Source: Octopus sinensis
Lineage: Eukaryota
NCBI RefSeq assembly: GCF_006345805.1
Contig: NC_043008.1
Coordinates: 65,348,001 to 65,412,000, forward strand
Direction of reading: 5' to 3'
Length of the DNA: 64,000 nucleotides
The position numbers and the translations under genes were made by a program. How positions within the stretch are numbered: position 1 is the first letter of the stretch; each line of letters opens with the position of its first letter. The notes beneath the pieces were generated by a model. It did not search any database. It saw nothing but the letters and a program-made list of their open reading frames with translations, and was not told the DNA's origin. Positions 27,327 through 40,709 of this stretch are shown here, in pieces.

Positions 27327-27457
27327 GCTGTGTGGTAAGTAGCTTGCTAACCAACCACATGTTCCGGGTTCAGTCCCACTGCGTGGCATCTTGGTCAAGT
27401 GTCTTCTGTTATAGCCCCGGGCCGACCAATGCCTTGTGAGTGGTTTTGGTAGTCGTA

Positions 27458-27539
<82 letters not shown>

Positions 27540-27775
27540 GTGTGTGTGTGTGTCTGTGTGTGTGTCTGTGTTTGTGTGTCTGTGTTTGTCCCCCTAGCAT
27601 TGCTTGACAATCGATGCTGGTGTGTTATGTCCTCGTTACTTCGCGGTTCGGCAAAAGAAACCGATAGAATAAGTACTCGGCTTACAAAAGAGTAAGTCCC
27701 GGGGTCGAGCTGCTCGATTAAAAGGCGATGCTCCAGCATGGCCGCAGTCAAATGACTGAAACAGGTAAAAGGGTA
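27327..27775 (+). mobile_element. SINE family A
   Basis: Family A head and tail with an expanded central (AT)n/(GT)n tract. Confidence 0.9.
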
Positions 27776-30200
27776 ATAGTATATATCTAAACATAGAATT
27801 GGTGTTTGTTATACACTGAGCTATACGACGAGATTGTGATTTACTTTACTTGCATCCTGTTAGTTTACAATATGTGTCTAAAGAATAATAGCAATGATTT
27901 CATTCTTACGCTGTTGATAAGAATACACATCTATGGGGAGGAGCAGCTCCCGACAATTCATCTCTCAATATTTCTCGTAATAAAAGGCCAATAGCCTTCT
28001 GTAGTTGTAAGGTTCTCAAATCCCACTTTGTTTTTTTCTTTCATTCGTCCAAGATCAGTAAAGTTAGTGTAGGGTTATATACCAGGGTTGTGATCATTCA
28101 TTATATCTCTTAGCTTTTAGACAACTGGACTAATTCATTGTAAAAGTCTTAGCCAAGAACATTACTGGTCGCCTGCCCGAAAGTTGAATCCATCAATTTA
28201 CGATCGTGAGTCCAACAGCCTAAACAATACACCATTCGCTTGCCTGTTTGAATCGGTAACTAATCAATAAACCGAAACAGAAACATGTACGTTTGACATA
28301 TTCTGCATGACATTTTTATAAAAGGTCATCAAATATTTAATATTTTCGTTAAGTTGATGCATTTACAGCTGTGGAATATTTATTTTTTAAACTTTTCATT
28401 GCAATAAAATATTTGCGTTTACAGAAACGGAATAATGACAAAAGTAGCAACTTGGTAGTTGTAGAAATCTTTTGTTGTGGTTCTAATAGAAAGCTTGAGC
28501 AAGCAGTTGATGTATTTTGCTTGTGGTGGTCCAGTGTTGGCTTCTGAAATTTGGTTGAAACAAGTCATAATTATAAAACTCAAACAGTTAAATTCTATCG
28601 AGTAAAACATGTGACATGCGTAACAAGAGTTGGCTCTGTTCAGATATTCGTGTCAGAAACAATATTTTTGCCTTACTATCAGGAGTGGTTGTGTGGTAAG
28701 TAGCTTGCTTACCAACCACTTTGTTGCGGGTTCATTCCCACTATGTGGCACCTTGGGCAAGTGTCTTCCACTATACCCTCGGGTCGACCAAAGTCTTGTG
28801 AGTGGATTTTGTAGATGGAAACTGAAAGAAGCCGTCGTATATACATATGTGTGTGTGGTGTGTGTGTGTGTGTATGTGTGTGTGTGTGTTTGTGTGTCTG
28901 TGTTTGTCCCCCTAGCATTGCTTGACAATCGATGCTGGTGTGTTTATGTCCTCGTTACTTCGCGGTTCGGCAAAAGAAACCGATAGAATAAGTACTCGGC
29001 TTACAAAAGAGTAAGTCCCGGGGTCGAGCTGCTCGATTAAAAGGCGATGCTCCAGCATGGCCGCAGTCAAATGACTGAAACAGGTAAAAGGGTAAATAGT
29101 ATATATCTAAACATAGAATTGGTGTTTGTTATACACTGAGCTATACGACGAGATTGTGATTTACTTTACTTGCATCCTGTTAGTTTACAATATGTGTCTA
29201 AAGAATAATAGCAATGATTTCATTCTTACGCTGTTGATAAGAATACACATCTATGGGGAGGAGCAGCTCCCGACAATTCATCTCTCAATATTTCTCGTAA
29301 TAAAAGGCCAATAGCCTTCTGTAGTTGTAAGGTTCTCAAATCCCACTTTGTTTTTTTCTTTCATTCGTCCAAGATCAGTAAAGTTAGTGTAGGGTTATAT
29401 ACCAGGGTTGTGATCATTCATTATATCTCTTAGCTTTTAGACAACTGGACTAATTCATTGTAAAAGTCTTAGCCAAGAACATTACTGGTCGCCTGCCCGA
29501 AAGTTGAATCCATCAATTTACGATCGTGAGTCCAACAGCCTAAACAATACACCATTCGCTTGCCTGTTTGAATCGGTAACTAATCAATAAACCGAAACAG
29601 AAACATGTACGTTTGACATATTCTGCATGACATTTTTATAAAAGGTCATCAAATATTTAATATTTTCGTTAAGTTGATGCATTTACAGCTGTGGAATATT
29701 TATTTTTTAAACTTTTCATTGCAATAAAATATTTGCGTTTACAGAAACGGAATAATGACAAAAGTAGCAACTTGGTAGTTGTAGAAATCTTTTGTTGTGG
29801 TTCTAATAGAAGCTTGAGCAAGCAGTTGATGTATTTTGCTTGTGGTGGTCCAGTGTTGGCTTCTGAAATTTGGTTGAAACAAGTCATAATTATAAAACTC
29901 AAACAGTTAAATTCTATCGAGTAAAACATGTGACATGCGTAACAAGAGTTGGCTCTGTTCAGATATTCGTGTCAGAAACAATATTTTTGCCTTACTATCA
30001 GGAGTGGTTGTGTGGTAAGTAGCTTGCTTACCAACCACTTTGTTGCGGGTTCATTCCCACTATGTGGCACCTTGGGCAAGTGTCTTCCACTATACCCTCG
30101 GGTCGACCAAAGTCTTGTGAGTGGATTTTGTAGATGGAAACTGAAAGAAGCCGTCGTATATACATATGTGTGTGTGTGTGTGTGTGTTTATGTGTTTGTG
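27560..30200. repeat. Tandem duplication, ~1320-bp unit x2
   Basis: 27781 matches 29101 and 28801 matches 30120. Outside the microsatellite I noticed only single-base homopolymer indels between the copies. Confidence 0.95.
28680..29096 (+). mobile_element. Chimeric SINE family A at the duplication junction
   Basis: The 5' half matches the copy at 29999 and the 3' half matches the copy at 27327. Confidence 0.9.
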
Positions 30201-30404
30201 TTTGTCCCTCCCGCTCCCCCACATCACTTGACAACCGGTGCTGGTGTGTTTACGTCGCCGTAACTTAGCGGTTTGGCAAAAGATATCGATAGAATAAGTA
30301 CTAGTCTTACAAAGAATAAGTCCTGGGGTAGAGTTGCTCGACTAAAGGCAGTTCTCCAGCATGGTAACAGTCAACTGACTGAAACAAGTAAAAGAGTGAA
30401 GAGT
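29999..30404 (+). mobile_element. SINE family A
   Basis: Family A head and tail motifs. Confidence 0.9.
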
Positions 30405-31623
30405 AATATGTGCTTAATGCTGTCGTCCTATCTTCATAGAAAGTTCATAATACGTTACGATGGAATTTTCTTTATGAGAATATGATGGATAAAGTAGTTT
30501 GTTTTTGCAATTAAGAGTTGCGAAACTGAATTGGATACTTCATGAAAAATGCGAAGACTAAATTATATATCTTGAGTGTAGTAGTATTCATTCTAGTTCT
30601 AATGTTGCTTCTGGAATTATTTTGTTACAGATATTGCCCCCAAAACTTTCAGGCGTAAGATTTAGCAATGTACAGGACATGCTACCATATCAACATGCAT
30701 AGCCGAAGTGGATTGAAATCTTAAATTAGACAATAATGGCAAACCTAACATTTTCATAAATATGCCGGCTATTGTATCAACAATTTGCTACATTTAAAGA
30801 AAATGACTATAATCAATATACAAACAATAAATCAAATTTAATAGACTGGAAATGATAGAGTTAAGGCAATTGAACTTCAATTCTTAAGATAATTTGTGTT
30901 TGAATAAGTACAGTGCACAATAAAAATAAATGTAAATCGCAGAGAATGAAGCTTAACAAATCTATTTTACATTGAAGCTCCGGGATCAATATCATAGCTA
31001 GATTTAGTAACAGGTTTTAATTTCGAAGTTGATAGACCCTGTGGAAAAAATCAGGTTACATTTATCGCAACGAATAGCGCTACAGGGCATTTGTTTTACA
31101 GAAATGGGAACGTTTTATGAGTTTGTAAGGTACAATATCCTGAATTGCTTAAATATATATAACTTTATTCCTACGGGAATATATTCAACATGTACATTGT
31201 ACATTTTTAGTAGTTCACTCAATATCTAAATCTTTCTATTCATTTTCTAATGGCAGATAGAAGGATTCGTTCGAAAGAAATGTCTTCCAGCTTTGAAATC
31301 TTTTACTTGTAAAAATGTTGCGAAGTATAGATACATAAGAACAAAAATTGGGCAGTAGTCGGGATGGGTAAGATATTATTCATTGATAGCATCATGTAAT
31401 TGACAAATTTTCTAGTACTACAAGTTTGTTCAGGAGTTAAATCTTGCAGATATTTATTACACAGGGTATTTTAAGAACTACTCTTCAAATCGCCTAAAGG
31501 TTTCAGAACAGCTTAGTGGGTAAGACAGTGGTTTGATCTGTCATTGGTAGCAGGTCCATATCTTATCACAGTCACTGTGAATTTATATTCCCAAAACAAA
31601 ATTTGCGCAGAGTTGTGACTTAC

Positions 31624-31664
31624 ATAAAAGCGAATAATGATGCCAAAGCTATCTGATGAGAGAC
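31624..31664 (-). CDS. Candidate 41-nt exon (unidentified gene)
   Basis: Minus strand TTTTTTTTCAG|GTCTCTCATCAGATAGCTTTGGCATCATTATTCGCTTTTAT|GTAAGT, with near-consensus acceptor and donor. Two frames are open. Confidence 0.3.
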
Positions 31665-32342
31665 CTGAAAAAAAAGTACACGCACACACACACACACAAA
31701 CACACACATACTCACATGCATACAAACATACATATACATACACATATATTTTATATATGTATATATATATATATACACATATATACCGGAGTAAACACAT
31801 AAATGTGAAACAAGGTGGAAAAAAGAGTACTCAAATACAAGCGGTAGAGTAATATACTTTATTTAAAGCAGCAGAAAATTCAACAAAACCTGTTACTCTG
31901 AGTTTCCCGTTGCATCAGCATGACCGCAGCTCTGAGTTGAAACTAGAGAGAAATAGAGAGAGAGAAAAAATATATAAATAGGGAGAGAATGAGAGAGATA
32001 TAGAGAGAGAGAGTGAGAGAGAGTGAGAGAGAGCGAGAGATGAACGAACAAGTATATAGCAGTATTTTTATATTTACATGATATTACGTAGACGTAAGCG
32101 TAAACATGTTTGGTAAAAAAGATATAGAGCTTTTTTTATGCCACATATATTTATGCATATATTAATATAACATCTCTTATATGTAAATGTAATAAGGTCG
32201 TGTATAAATGCTTGTGCAGCTTCCTACACAGACGAATTATACATTTTGTTAAAATCAACTAATATTCGGCCTGCTTGGTTGGATCTAAGGAATGTAACCT
32301 GCCCGGGCAATAAACCCGTGTTCAGTCATTATATGTATGCTA

Positions 32343-32834
32343 CAAGAAGCAAAAATGACCAGCATCGAAGCCTATGTCATCAAAGGCCAACTAAGATGGA
32401 GCGGCCACGTGGTTAGAATGACTGACGAACGACTTCCCAAACAGATCTTCTACTCCCAACTCAAAGACGGCAAGCATACAAACGGAGGCCAGAAGAAACG
32501 CTACACGGACTCCCTGAAATCGAACCTCAAAAAGTGTGACATTGACTTCACCAACTTGGAGGAAACGGCAAAAAACAGACCACTGTGGAAAACCACCATC
32601 CATGAGGGAACGGCGAATTTCGAGTCGAAAAGGTCTGCAGAGCTGGAGGAGAAAAGACGACGACGGAAGGAGCGCCAACAACAACCACGTGTGACTCTCC
32701 CTTCCGGCACTAGATGTCCGCACTGTGACCGATCTTTTCGAGCAAGAATTGGTCTTATCAGTCACCTGCGGACTCACCAATAAATTTGCGCGAAGACCAT
32801 CATCCTCGACCTTGAGGGATTGCCATAGATATAG
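32343..32834 (+). mobile_element. Young 5'-truncated RTE (BovB-like) LINE with 12-bp TSD
   Basis: Uninterrupted C-terminal frame QLRWSGHVVRM...LPKQIFYSQL...CPHCDRSFRARIGLISHLRTH, a short 3' UTR and a (TAGATA)2 tail. TSD ATATGTATGCTA at 32331-32342 and 32835-32846. Confidence 0.95.
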
Positions 32835-33332
32835 ATATGTATGCTAGCGAATTCTCGCCAGCATATTTTGTCTTCTGTGTTCACCTGTTTTCAATCCACT
32901 CTACGATGACTTGTTCCTGTTATGTCGCACGTTCGGATGCCTCAACTACTCAACTCTACTCTGCTTTCTCCTGCTACTCTACACTGACATCTAGGCTTCT
33001 TTCTCTATATATACGTCTTGGGCTAGCCTACTTTATCGTCTGGAGGCGTCCACACAACAGTTTCATTTCATTTCCTAATTTCACCTCCGCCATCTTCACC
33101 TTGATGAGTTCTCAAACTGTTTGAAAATACGTGCGCATATTCATATTGTTGTCATTTCTTTTTCAACCTTCTGTTTTAATTCTCTGTGAAGCGCTATTAT
33201 TTTCATTTCATTTGAAACGATATTATTTTCAATGTGTTCACACACTTCTTTTATTTTTTACACATCATCCCATTCTTGTGTAGGCAAGTAGAAAGATAAG
33301 ATAGAGATACAGACTTTCTTTATCGGATCCAA

Positions 33333-33812
33333 ATGATGGCACAGTCGATTTCAGAAATATTTGAATCCAGAAGCCTGACAGATAAGACAAATTGCATAAG
33401 GTCAGCAATCAAGTCTTCTACCGGCTGTACAAATGCAAGGCGGTTTGAAAATTCTATTCTATTCAATTCAAATCCAAGTGGCTTTAAACTGAATCCTTTT
33501 TATGGCGATCTGACAGCCGAGACAAAACATTTAGAGGAAGAATACTGGGATCTATTGCAGTTTTATATATATACCTCCATGTTGTGTGTGTCTATCTTTC
33601 AAAACAATATTATTTTTAAAAATGAATTTTCTAGTCAGGTTATGTGTCCTCCAAGGATTTATAAAACATTCTTTTCTTGTGAATGCTTAGCGTTGGTGAG
33701 AAAGAAAATGAACCATTTTTTCTTGTTTGTGAATTCTTCAGGAATTTTCAGGTGTGCGTATTTCCAAAATAGATATGTTATTTCTTCAAAACACATAGAT
33801 GAACTGGTTTAA
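33333..33812 (+). CDS. Uncharacterised 159-aa non-repetitive ORF (possible exon or TE remnant)
   Basis: One of the few long ORFs not made of microsatellite or recognisable TE. The frame is open from about 33300. No domain recognised. Confidence 0.2.
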   Translation: MMAQSISEIFESRSLTDKTNCIRSAIKSSTGCTNARRFENSILFNSNPSGFKLNPFYGDLTAETKHLEEEYWDLLQFYIYTSMLCVSIFQNNIIFKNEFSSQVMCPPRIYKTFFSCECLALVRKKMNHFFLFVNSSGIFRCAYFQNRYVISSKHIDELV

Positions 33813-34109
33813 ATTGGTATTCATTCCTCCAAACTATCTAACACCATTCAACCTCCCCCTCTCTCTCACATTTTCTCTCTCTCTCTTTCTCACTATCAGT
33901 CTTTTTCGCTCTCCAATTCTCTCTCTATCTCTCTCTTTCTTATACCTCACTTTCACGCCTCTCTTACCTTCCGTCTGTTTTCACCCCCTTTTATTTTCCT
34001 TCTCTGTTAATTCCCTTCTATGCCACATGCATTATATTTTTTCTTTGTAAATTGTTTTTGTCTCACCCGTTCTAACATCACTCCTTTCTCCTTCTCCTTA
34101 TTTCTCTCT

Positions 34110-34236
34110 CCGTCTCTCTCTGTATATATATATGTATATACATACATGCGTATATGCATACATATATATATATACATATATATATACATATATATATATA
34201 TACACATATACATATACGTATATATATACATATATA

Positions 34237-34296
<60 letters not shown>

Positions 34297-34315
34297 GATA
34301 TAGATATATATATAT

Positions 34316-34396
<81 letters not shown>

Positions 34397-34738
34397 CTCT
34401 CTTTCGCTATTTATGTATTTAGTATTAATGCATATCCTTCGCTTTTGATTCTTTACAACCATTATGTTTTTTCTGTTTTTGTTTCCCTCTTGAATTTTAG
34501 CAGAAGATTATAATGAAAGTATGTTAGTGAATTTCGTCACTTTAGGACATTACCGGAGTTAATACTTAATATATATCATCCTACGACAGATGAAATTCAA
34601 AGATATTAAGGAAAGAAAAAGCAATTTATCAAATAATTTTTCTTTCAGTGCATTTCTCTCACGCTGCCATTAGTTTCAAATTATGCATAAGTACATACAT
34701 TTAGTTACATTCTTACGCAGTATGTGTATGTATTAGTG

Positions 34739-34789
<51 letters not shown>

Positions 34790-34922
34790 TTGTACCATAT
34801 ATATGTTTATATATATATATATAAATATATATATATGAATAAATATTTATATATGTATATATGTTTATGTGTATATATGTTTATATTTATGTATATATAT
34901 ATATTTATATACCTATATGTAT

Positions 34923-34958
<36 letters not shown>

Positions 34959-34992
34959 ATATCTATCTATCTATCTATCTATCTACTATCTA

Positions 34993-35067
<75 letters not shown>

Positions 35068-35070
35068 TTG
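34110..35070. repeat. Compound (AT)n/(GATA)n/(TATC)n microsatellites
   Basis: Direct observation. Confidence 0.9.
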
Positions 35071-35945
35071 TGTGTGTTTGTGTGTATAATTCACAATATG
35101 GATGTGGTTTGTATATAGTTAACTAATATATTCCCATGTTTGTGAACATATGTGTTAGTCTGTACTGGTGGATTATGACTATTGTAGTTTTTCCTCTCTT
35201 TATACAAGTTCTTAACTAAATTTGTTTGAATAGTTTCAACCACCAAACTTTGCAGAGAACGTTTATTGATTGCGTTAGACATGTAAACAAACTACCATAC
35301 TGATATGCTCTACATAATAATACCACAAAATGGAAGCAATTGTCTTTCAACAGCTGAACATGTGATCAGCAATAACAACAACAACGTTATGAAGCATGCA
35401 ACAAAACAACGTCTTTCCGAAGCATAATCGCATTATTAAACTTCCTCGTTAATAACCTTTAAATATCTGCCTTGTTAAGAAATACAATTTCTACTTAAGT
35501 ACACCTTAATGAGTTCTTATATAATGTGTGAACATGTTTTCCGATTAATGGTAGTTATTCAGTATCAAATAATATTTCAATATTTATCATGAGAACAATG
35601 TTTACTTTTGAAATCGGTTAACTAATTATGTCTATACAATTATAAAGAGAAAGGACTTACTTTATACAACATATTATTACTGCAGTATTAATCTATAAAT
35701 ATCAGAAAGTGTTAAGTAACATGATAAATTCTCGACATTTTCAGATTTCGGGATGCTGCACTTGTCAAAATCTCGTCTTCAATAATTAATAAATGATGCA
35801 TTGATTTGAATTCCACCAAATGACCTACCAATGACCTTCAATCCAAACCTTAATCACTACCAAGAATAACTTACGCAAGATTCACGATATTGCTGGGCAG
35901 AAATATATGTATATCTAAATGCATGAGTGTATGTATATTTGTAGG

Positions 35946-35986
<41 letters not shown>

Positions 35987-36038
35987 GTATGTACAGGCAT
36001 AGTCATATACGCATACTAACATTTGTGTTTGTATGTTC

Positions 36039-36253
36039 AAGGCGGTGAGCTGGCAGAAACGTTAACACGCCGAGCGAAATGCTCAGAGGTTTTTCGTCTG
36101 TCTTTACGTTCTGAGTTCAGATTCCGTTGAGGTCAACTTTGCCTTTCATCCTTTTGACGTCGATAAATTAAGTACCAGTTGCGTACTGGGGTAGATCTTA
36201 TCGACTGGCCCCCACCTCCAAATTTTCGGGCCTTGTGCCTAGAGTAGAAAAGA
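36039..36253 (+). mobile_element. SINE family B (Nin/Deu-like)
   Basis: AAGGCGGTGAGCTGGCAGAAACGTT head; GAGGTCAACTTTGCCTTTCATCC...GATAAATTAAGTACCAG domain. Confidence 0.85.
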
Positions 36254-37484
36254 TGTGTGCTGGTATGTATATAGGCGCATTATAGCCGAGTGAATAAAGC
36301 GTTTGTTCTGTAAGCATGAAGTACCTGGTTCGATTCCGTTGTTAACCGTATCGAAACCCGAGTGGTGGATTGTACATGGACTTCAAGAAGGTACACGCTC
36401 GTCTCAGAGCCTGCCATCATGATGCTACTTTAAAGTTATGCTAAATGTACATGTATCAAATTAATAGTCAACATTTTATACGTTAATTCATGTGCAGGTT
36501 ATATAATAGATTGACGTACTTAATCTGTATTGTTGAATGACAAAGATACAAGACTAAGATATGTGTATGTATATAGGAATATTTATAGACACACACATAC
36601 ATACATATACACGCACAGATAATGTGTTCTAGTGGATCTAATATCAGAGGTTGACTCTAACGAGGGCCGTCAATGTATTTGGGATCTTGTTATAGCTATT
36701 ATTATATCTAGAAATAACCAGTGGTCGGTTACTATTTGATAACAAGATTGACTTGGTTTCAGTTGACATTTTGCTTTATGATGACTAGTTGTATTGGGTT
36801 CAAATGGCAGCAAGTATTAAAATGATGGGGTATTTTAGTTTTAAAGGATAGCTCGTGTGAGATTCGTAGGCTTAACCGGGATAAAGCACATATACATTTA
36901 TATATAGTTACCCAGCTACAAACAACAATTTTACATATTGCCATAAAGACAAATTACCTGGTCTTGATATAGGGCTCCTGGTATAGAAAGGTTCTTAATG
37001 TTGATGAAGAAAACGTAGGAGGCATACACAAAAGATGTTGATAAGATAACTGTGAGAGGAACATGAAACTGAAATTAGAACACTGCGTTATTAAAAAATG
37101 AATTATAGTTTAGGAATGGGTTATAATTCACATTTGAATCTGTCGTCTTGCGTTTTAGTGGGAGATTATTAACATCTGAGATGTAGATATCTAAAGTTTA
37201 AAGTCATAGCCAGGACTACACATACTAATACACATGCATAATAATATAAGATGTTCAAGATAAAGCCTATAAGACTATGATAGTAACAGCAACAATGCAA
37301 ATAATAACAATAGCTATAATTTAGAAATTAATAAAATATTTTGAATTAGAACATTATTGATTACACTTTAGCATTTAAGAGGTAATATTGGGATGTGTAT
37401 GTATACTGTCCACCTGCTATCCCACGGGGGTGTCAGGATTTCGTCACAGAATCTTCCCTTTTATTTATTATGTATTCATTACCA

Positions 37485-39120
37485 CCTCTCCCCACTTCTT
37501 TTACTTAATTCCCCGGAATTTCTAAATTTTAGCTATTGTTATTATTTGTATATATTTTAATATATTTTTTCATTTTGGTTCTACTTACAAAAGTTCTGTT
37601 TGTTTTCCTCTCCTAATCGATGTACTCATTTGCTCAATTATTCCTTGAGGTACCCGGGCGTCAAAAATGCCATAAAGAAATTCCATTGGTTCTTCATGCC
37701 TTTCTTTCTTCCGTAAACCTTTTTTTCAGTTATTTTTAATGTCTTTTGTGTTTCTATGTATCACCTTTTACCATGTATGTTGTTTTTACCAAACTTTTAT
37801 TTATTATACCTTCTTCTCAACTTTTCTTCCCATTTCTACATATTTTAAAAAACACTTTGTCACCGATTTTGAAGTATTTTATCTTATTTTCTGTGTTTCT
37901 CTCCATTTTTTTTCCGGGTAGTAATTTGTTAAACGCTGATCGGACTTTCCTGGCGAACGTTAGTTCAACCGACGGCATACATAAAGTGGTGTTGGGGTTC
38001 GGTGTTATTCGGTAGACACATAAGAATTGGGTCGATGCAGTATCAGCTAGTAGCTCATTCCTAGATTTTTTCAGCGCCTTAAACGTGTCGATAAAACTTC
38101 CTCCTCGTCTATTCGATCCCCGATGGTAGGCATAGTAGTGATATGCTCCATTGCATGCATTTTGAAAAAGTCTTTTAATTCCTTCCACGTGAACAGTGTC
38201 TGAGACGCCATATAGCGCTAAAAGTTCGTCCAGAAATTCCATTGTTGCTTTGGAGGTTAGCTTCCTACATTTACATATTTCCAGCCATTTCGTATAACGA
38301 TCCACGACTATTAAATAATACCCTTCATTTAACAGTCCAGCAAAGTCTAAATGCAATCTTCACCAAGGTTGAATTTTTACAGGTGGTGCATTTGCTGCCA
38401 GGGCACAATCCCTACATGCTTTCACCAATGTTTCAATATCCTGAACCATATTCAGCCAGTAGACGAAGCTTCTCATTAGTGCTTTCATTCTCGCGATCCT
38501 TGGATGTCCCATGTGGAATTTTTTAGCATACGATTTTGCAAAGAAACAGGTATTACAACCCTCTATGCGTACATAAGTACGTCGTCACATCGAATAACAC
38601 TTCAAAAATATGTTACGCTAGGCTACATGAGTTTTTGTATTTGTTTCTGACTTCACTAATTTTTTTTCATTTTCATTATGATTACAACCTTCTCTGCTTA
38701 ATTTTTATTTCCTCTAAAGCGACAGGTAGTTCGCGTACTAAGTTGCAGACTATATTTTTATTTTGATTTCAGCTTTTAATGCTCTAACGGTTCTTTGTAT
38801 TTAGGAAACAATTTTGACAGCCCATCCTCATGTACCAGTTATTCGATGGTAGAAATCTCCATTTTAAAGTCATAATTTAGTAGGATCAGCGCAAACGAAA
38901 TTGCTAATGCCTCCTTCTCAATTTGGCCGTAGTTTTTTTCAGCCGCCAACAATGAACGTGAAGCATGAGCAATGGGTTTTTGGCTACCATTTTCATACTT
39001 CTGTAAAATTACCTCTGTTGCTAGCATCTGACTCTACTACTATTTTAAGATTTGGATCAAAATGCCATAATGACAATTCCGATGTTAACACTTTTTTAAT
39101 TTCTTCGAACTATTTTTGAC
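37485..39120 (-). mobile_element. Decayed Ty3/Gypsy LTR retrotransposon pol (RNase H then integrase)
   Basis: RNase H motifs KPIAHASRSL...KNYGQIEKEALA and integrase motifs HLDFAG...YLIVVDRYTKWLEI...YRITPNP, in Gypsy order. A candidate polypurine tract at 37485-37504 is followed by TG. Confidence 0.85.
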
Positions 39121-39222
39121 ACCTGTCCAACCAACACCAGTATTTCACCACAACATATGTGTGTGTGTATGTATTATGTATGTATGTATGTATGTATGTA
39201 TGTATGTATGCATGTATGTATG

Positions 39223-39265
<43 letters not shown>

Positions 39266-39447
39266 GTAAATAGTACGGACGAAACAAGCAGATATAAGTA
39301 ATATAGTAAAGGCAATAGTAATAAAAGCGAGTATACCTATAAATTATATTATTGAATCATAAAAGAAGACATAGAAATGATGAGAAAATGGAAATACTGC
39401 TGCATGAGTAGAGACTGGAATGATTCACATAAAAAGAAACACTAGTA

Positions 39448-39800
39448 AACAAGACCACTCAGAGAGCGCAAACTTCCGCCAACGCAACACCAACGTCCTT
39501 TCAACGATTTGCCAGCGATGATTTTTAAAATGAGAATATCTGAAATAAACTCGTCTGCTCTCACAAACGAGAATAGTAAAATTGAATCTGGTCGCTCTCA
39601 AATACTAAGTAACAACAAAAATCAGGAAAAGTAAGCCAGAATCCTTGTCCGGTCCTGGATTGAATCTCAAATCTAGTCAGTTCCTGGCAGTTACGAGGCG
39701 AAACACCACTGAAAGTTTCATTTGAATCCATCCAGGGGTTCTTGAGGTATCTTGTCCACGGACAAATAAACAGAGAAACAAACAGCGAAAACAATAAAGA
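39448..39800. mobile_element. Non-autonomous Helentron-associated (HINE-like) repeat
   Basis: Begins AACAAGACCACTCAGAGAGCGCAAACTTCCGCCAA and ends with GAAAGTTTCATTTGAATCC...ACAAATAAACAGAGAAACAAACAG. Assigned from recalled architecture only. Confidence 0.4.
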
Positions 39801-40200
39801 AAATACATGAAACGGGAAATAAAGATATAGTAAATACAAAGAGTAGCCGTGGTAAAAAGTGAATATAAGAAAACTGGAAAGTGAAATATAAAGAACTTTA
39901 ATATCTAAGACAAATAACAGAGGGAAACAAATAATTATGTGTACACCGGTTTTCGAATTAACGTTCAGCATAGTTAATGGGCTTCAAAAAATTTGTATGC
40001 CGTATATCTGCAGAAATCACGGCAGACTCGAAGAAAAGCATTCAGAAAGTTTGTTCAGGTGTGTAATCCTAATAGAAAATGTTCTGAAACTGTCCTGCTG
40101 AGATTACTTGATTTCTTTTTCCAGCTACACAAATTTTCACTTTCTGGCAGAGATCAAGGATAGATATATATGGGGACACACACACTCACATACATGACTA

Positions 40201-40235
<35 letters not shown>

Positions 40236-40237
40236 TA

Positions 40238-40355
40238 CAGTGTACATTTAAACACATAAGGGACATCCATCATAGGACTCCTTGCACGCTAGAGAGAACA
40301 GTTAAATTCCAAGCCACTATTAGGGGTAGGATTTCGAAGGGAATGAAAAATAAAA
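40238..40355 (+). mobile_element. Solo left arm of the MITE at 40710
   Basis: TA|CAGTGTACATTTAAACAC...TTCGAAGGGAATGAAAAA is a direct, diverged copy of 40710-40825. Confidence 0.8.
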
Positions 40356-40455
40356 ACATTTACCATCTAACTCCTGGACCAGTGGTTTCATACTATTTTA
40401 GGAAATATAATATTTGCTAGGCGAAGTCTTCTTCAGCAGGTACACCTTGAATTAA

Positions 40456-40489
<34 letters not shown>

Positions 40490-40709
40490 GAAGCAATCCA
40501 GTATAATCCCCGTGCTTTTACATTCTAATTTTTTAAATCTACCGCGCAAGCGCAGCTCCTTGTCGGCAGTGATTAAAACATGCCGGCTTTTCAATTCGAA
40601 AATTATCAATAATTAATAATATGAATGGGTAATCAGAAATATTGAAAATTTCCATTACCTGTGGCTCAGTGTGAAAAATTTAGTCGACTATATATTATTC
40701 ATAAAAATA

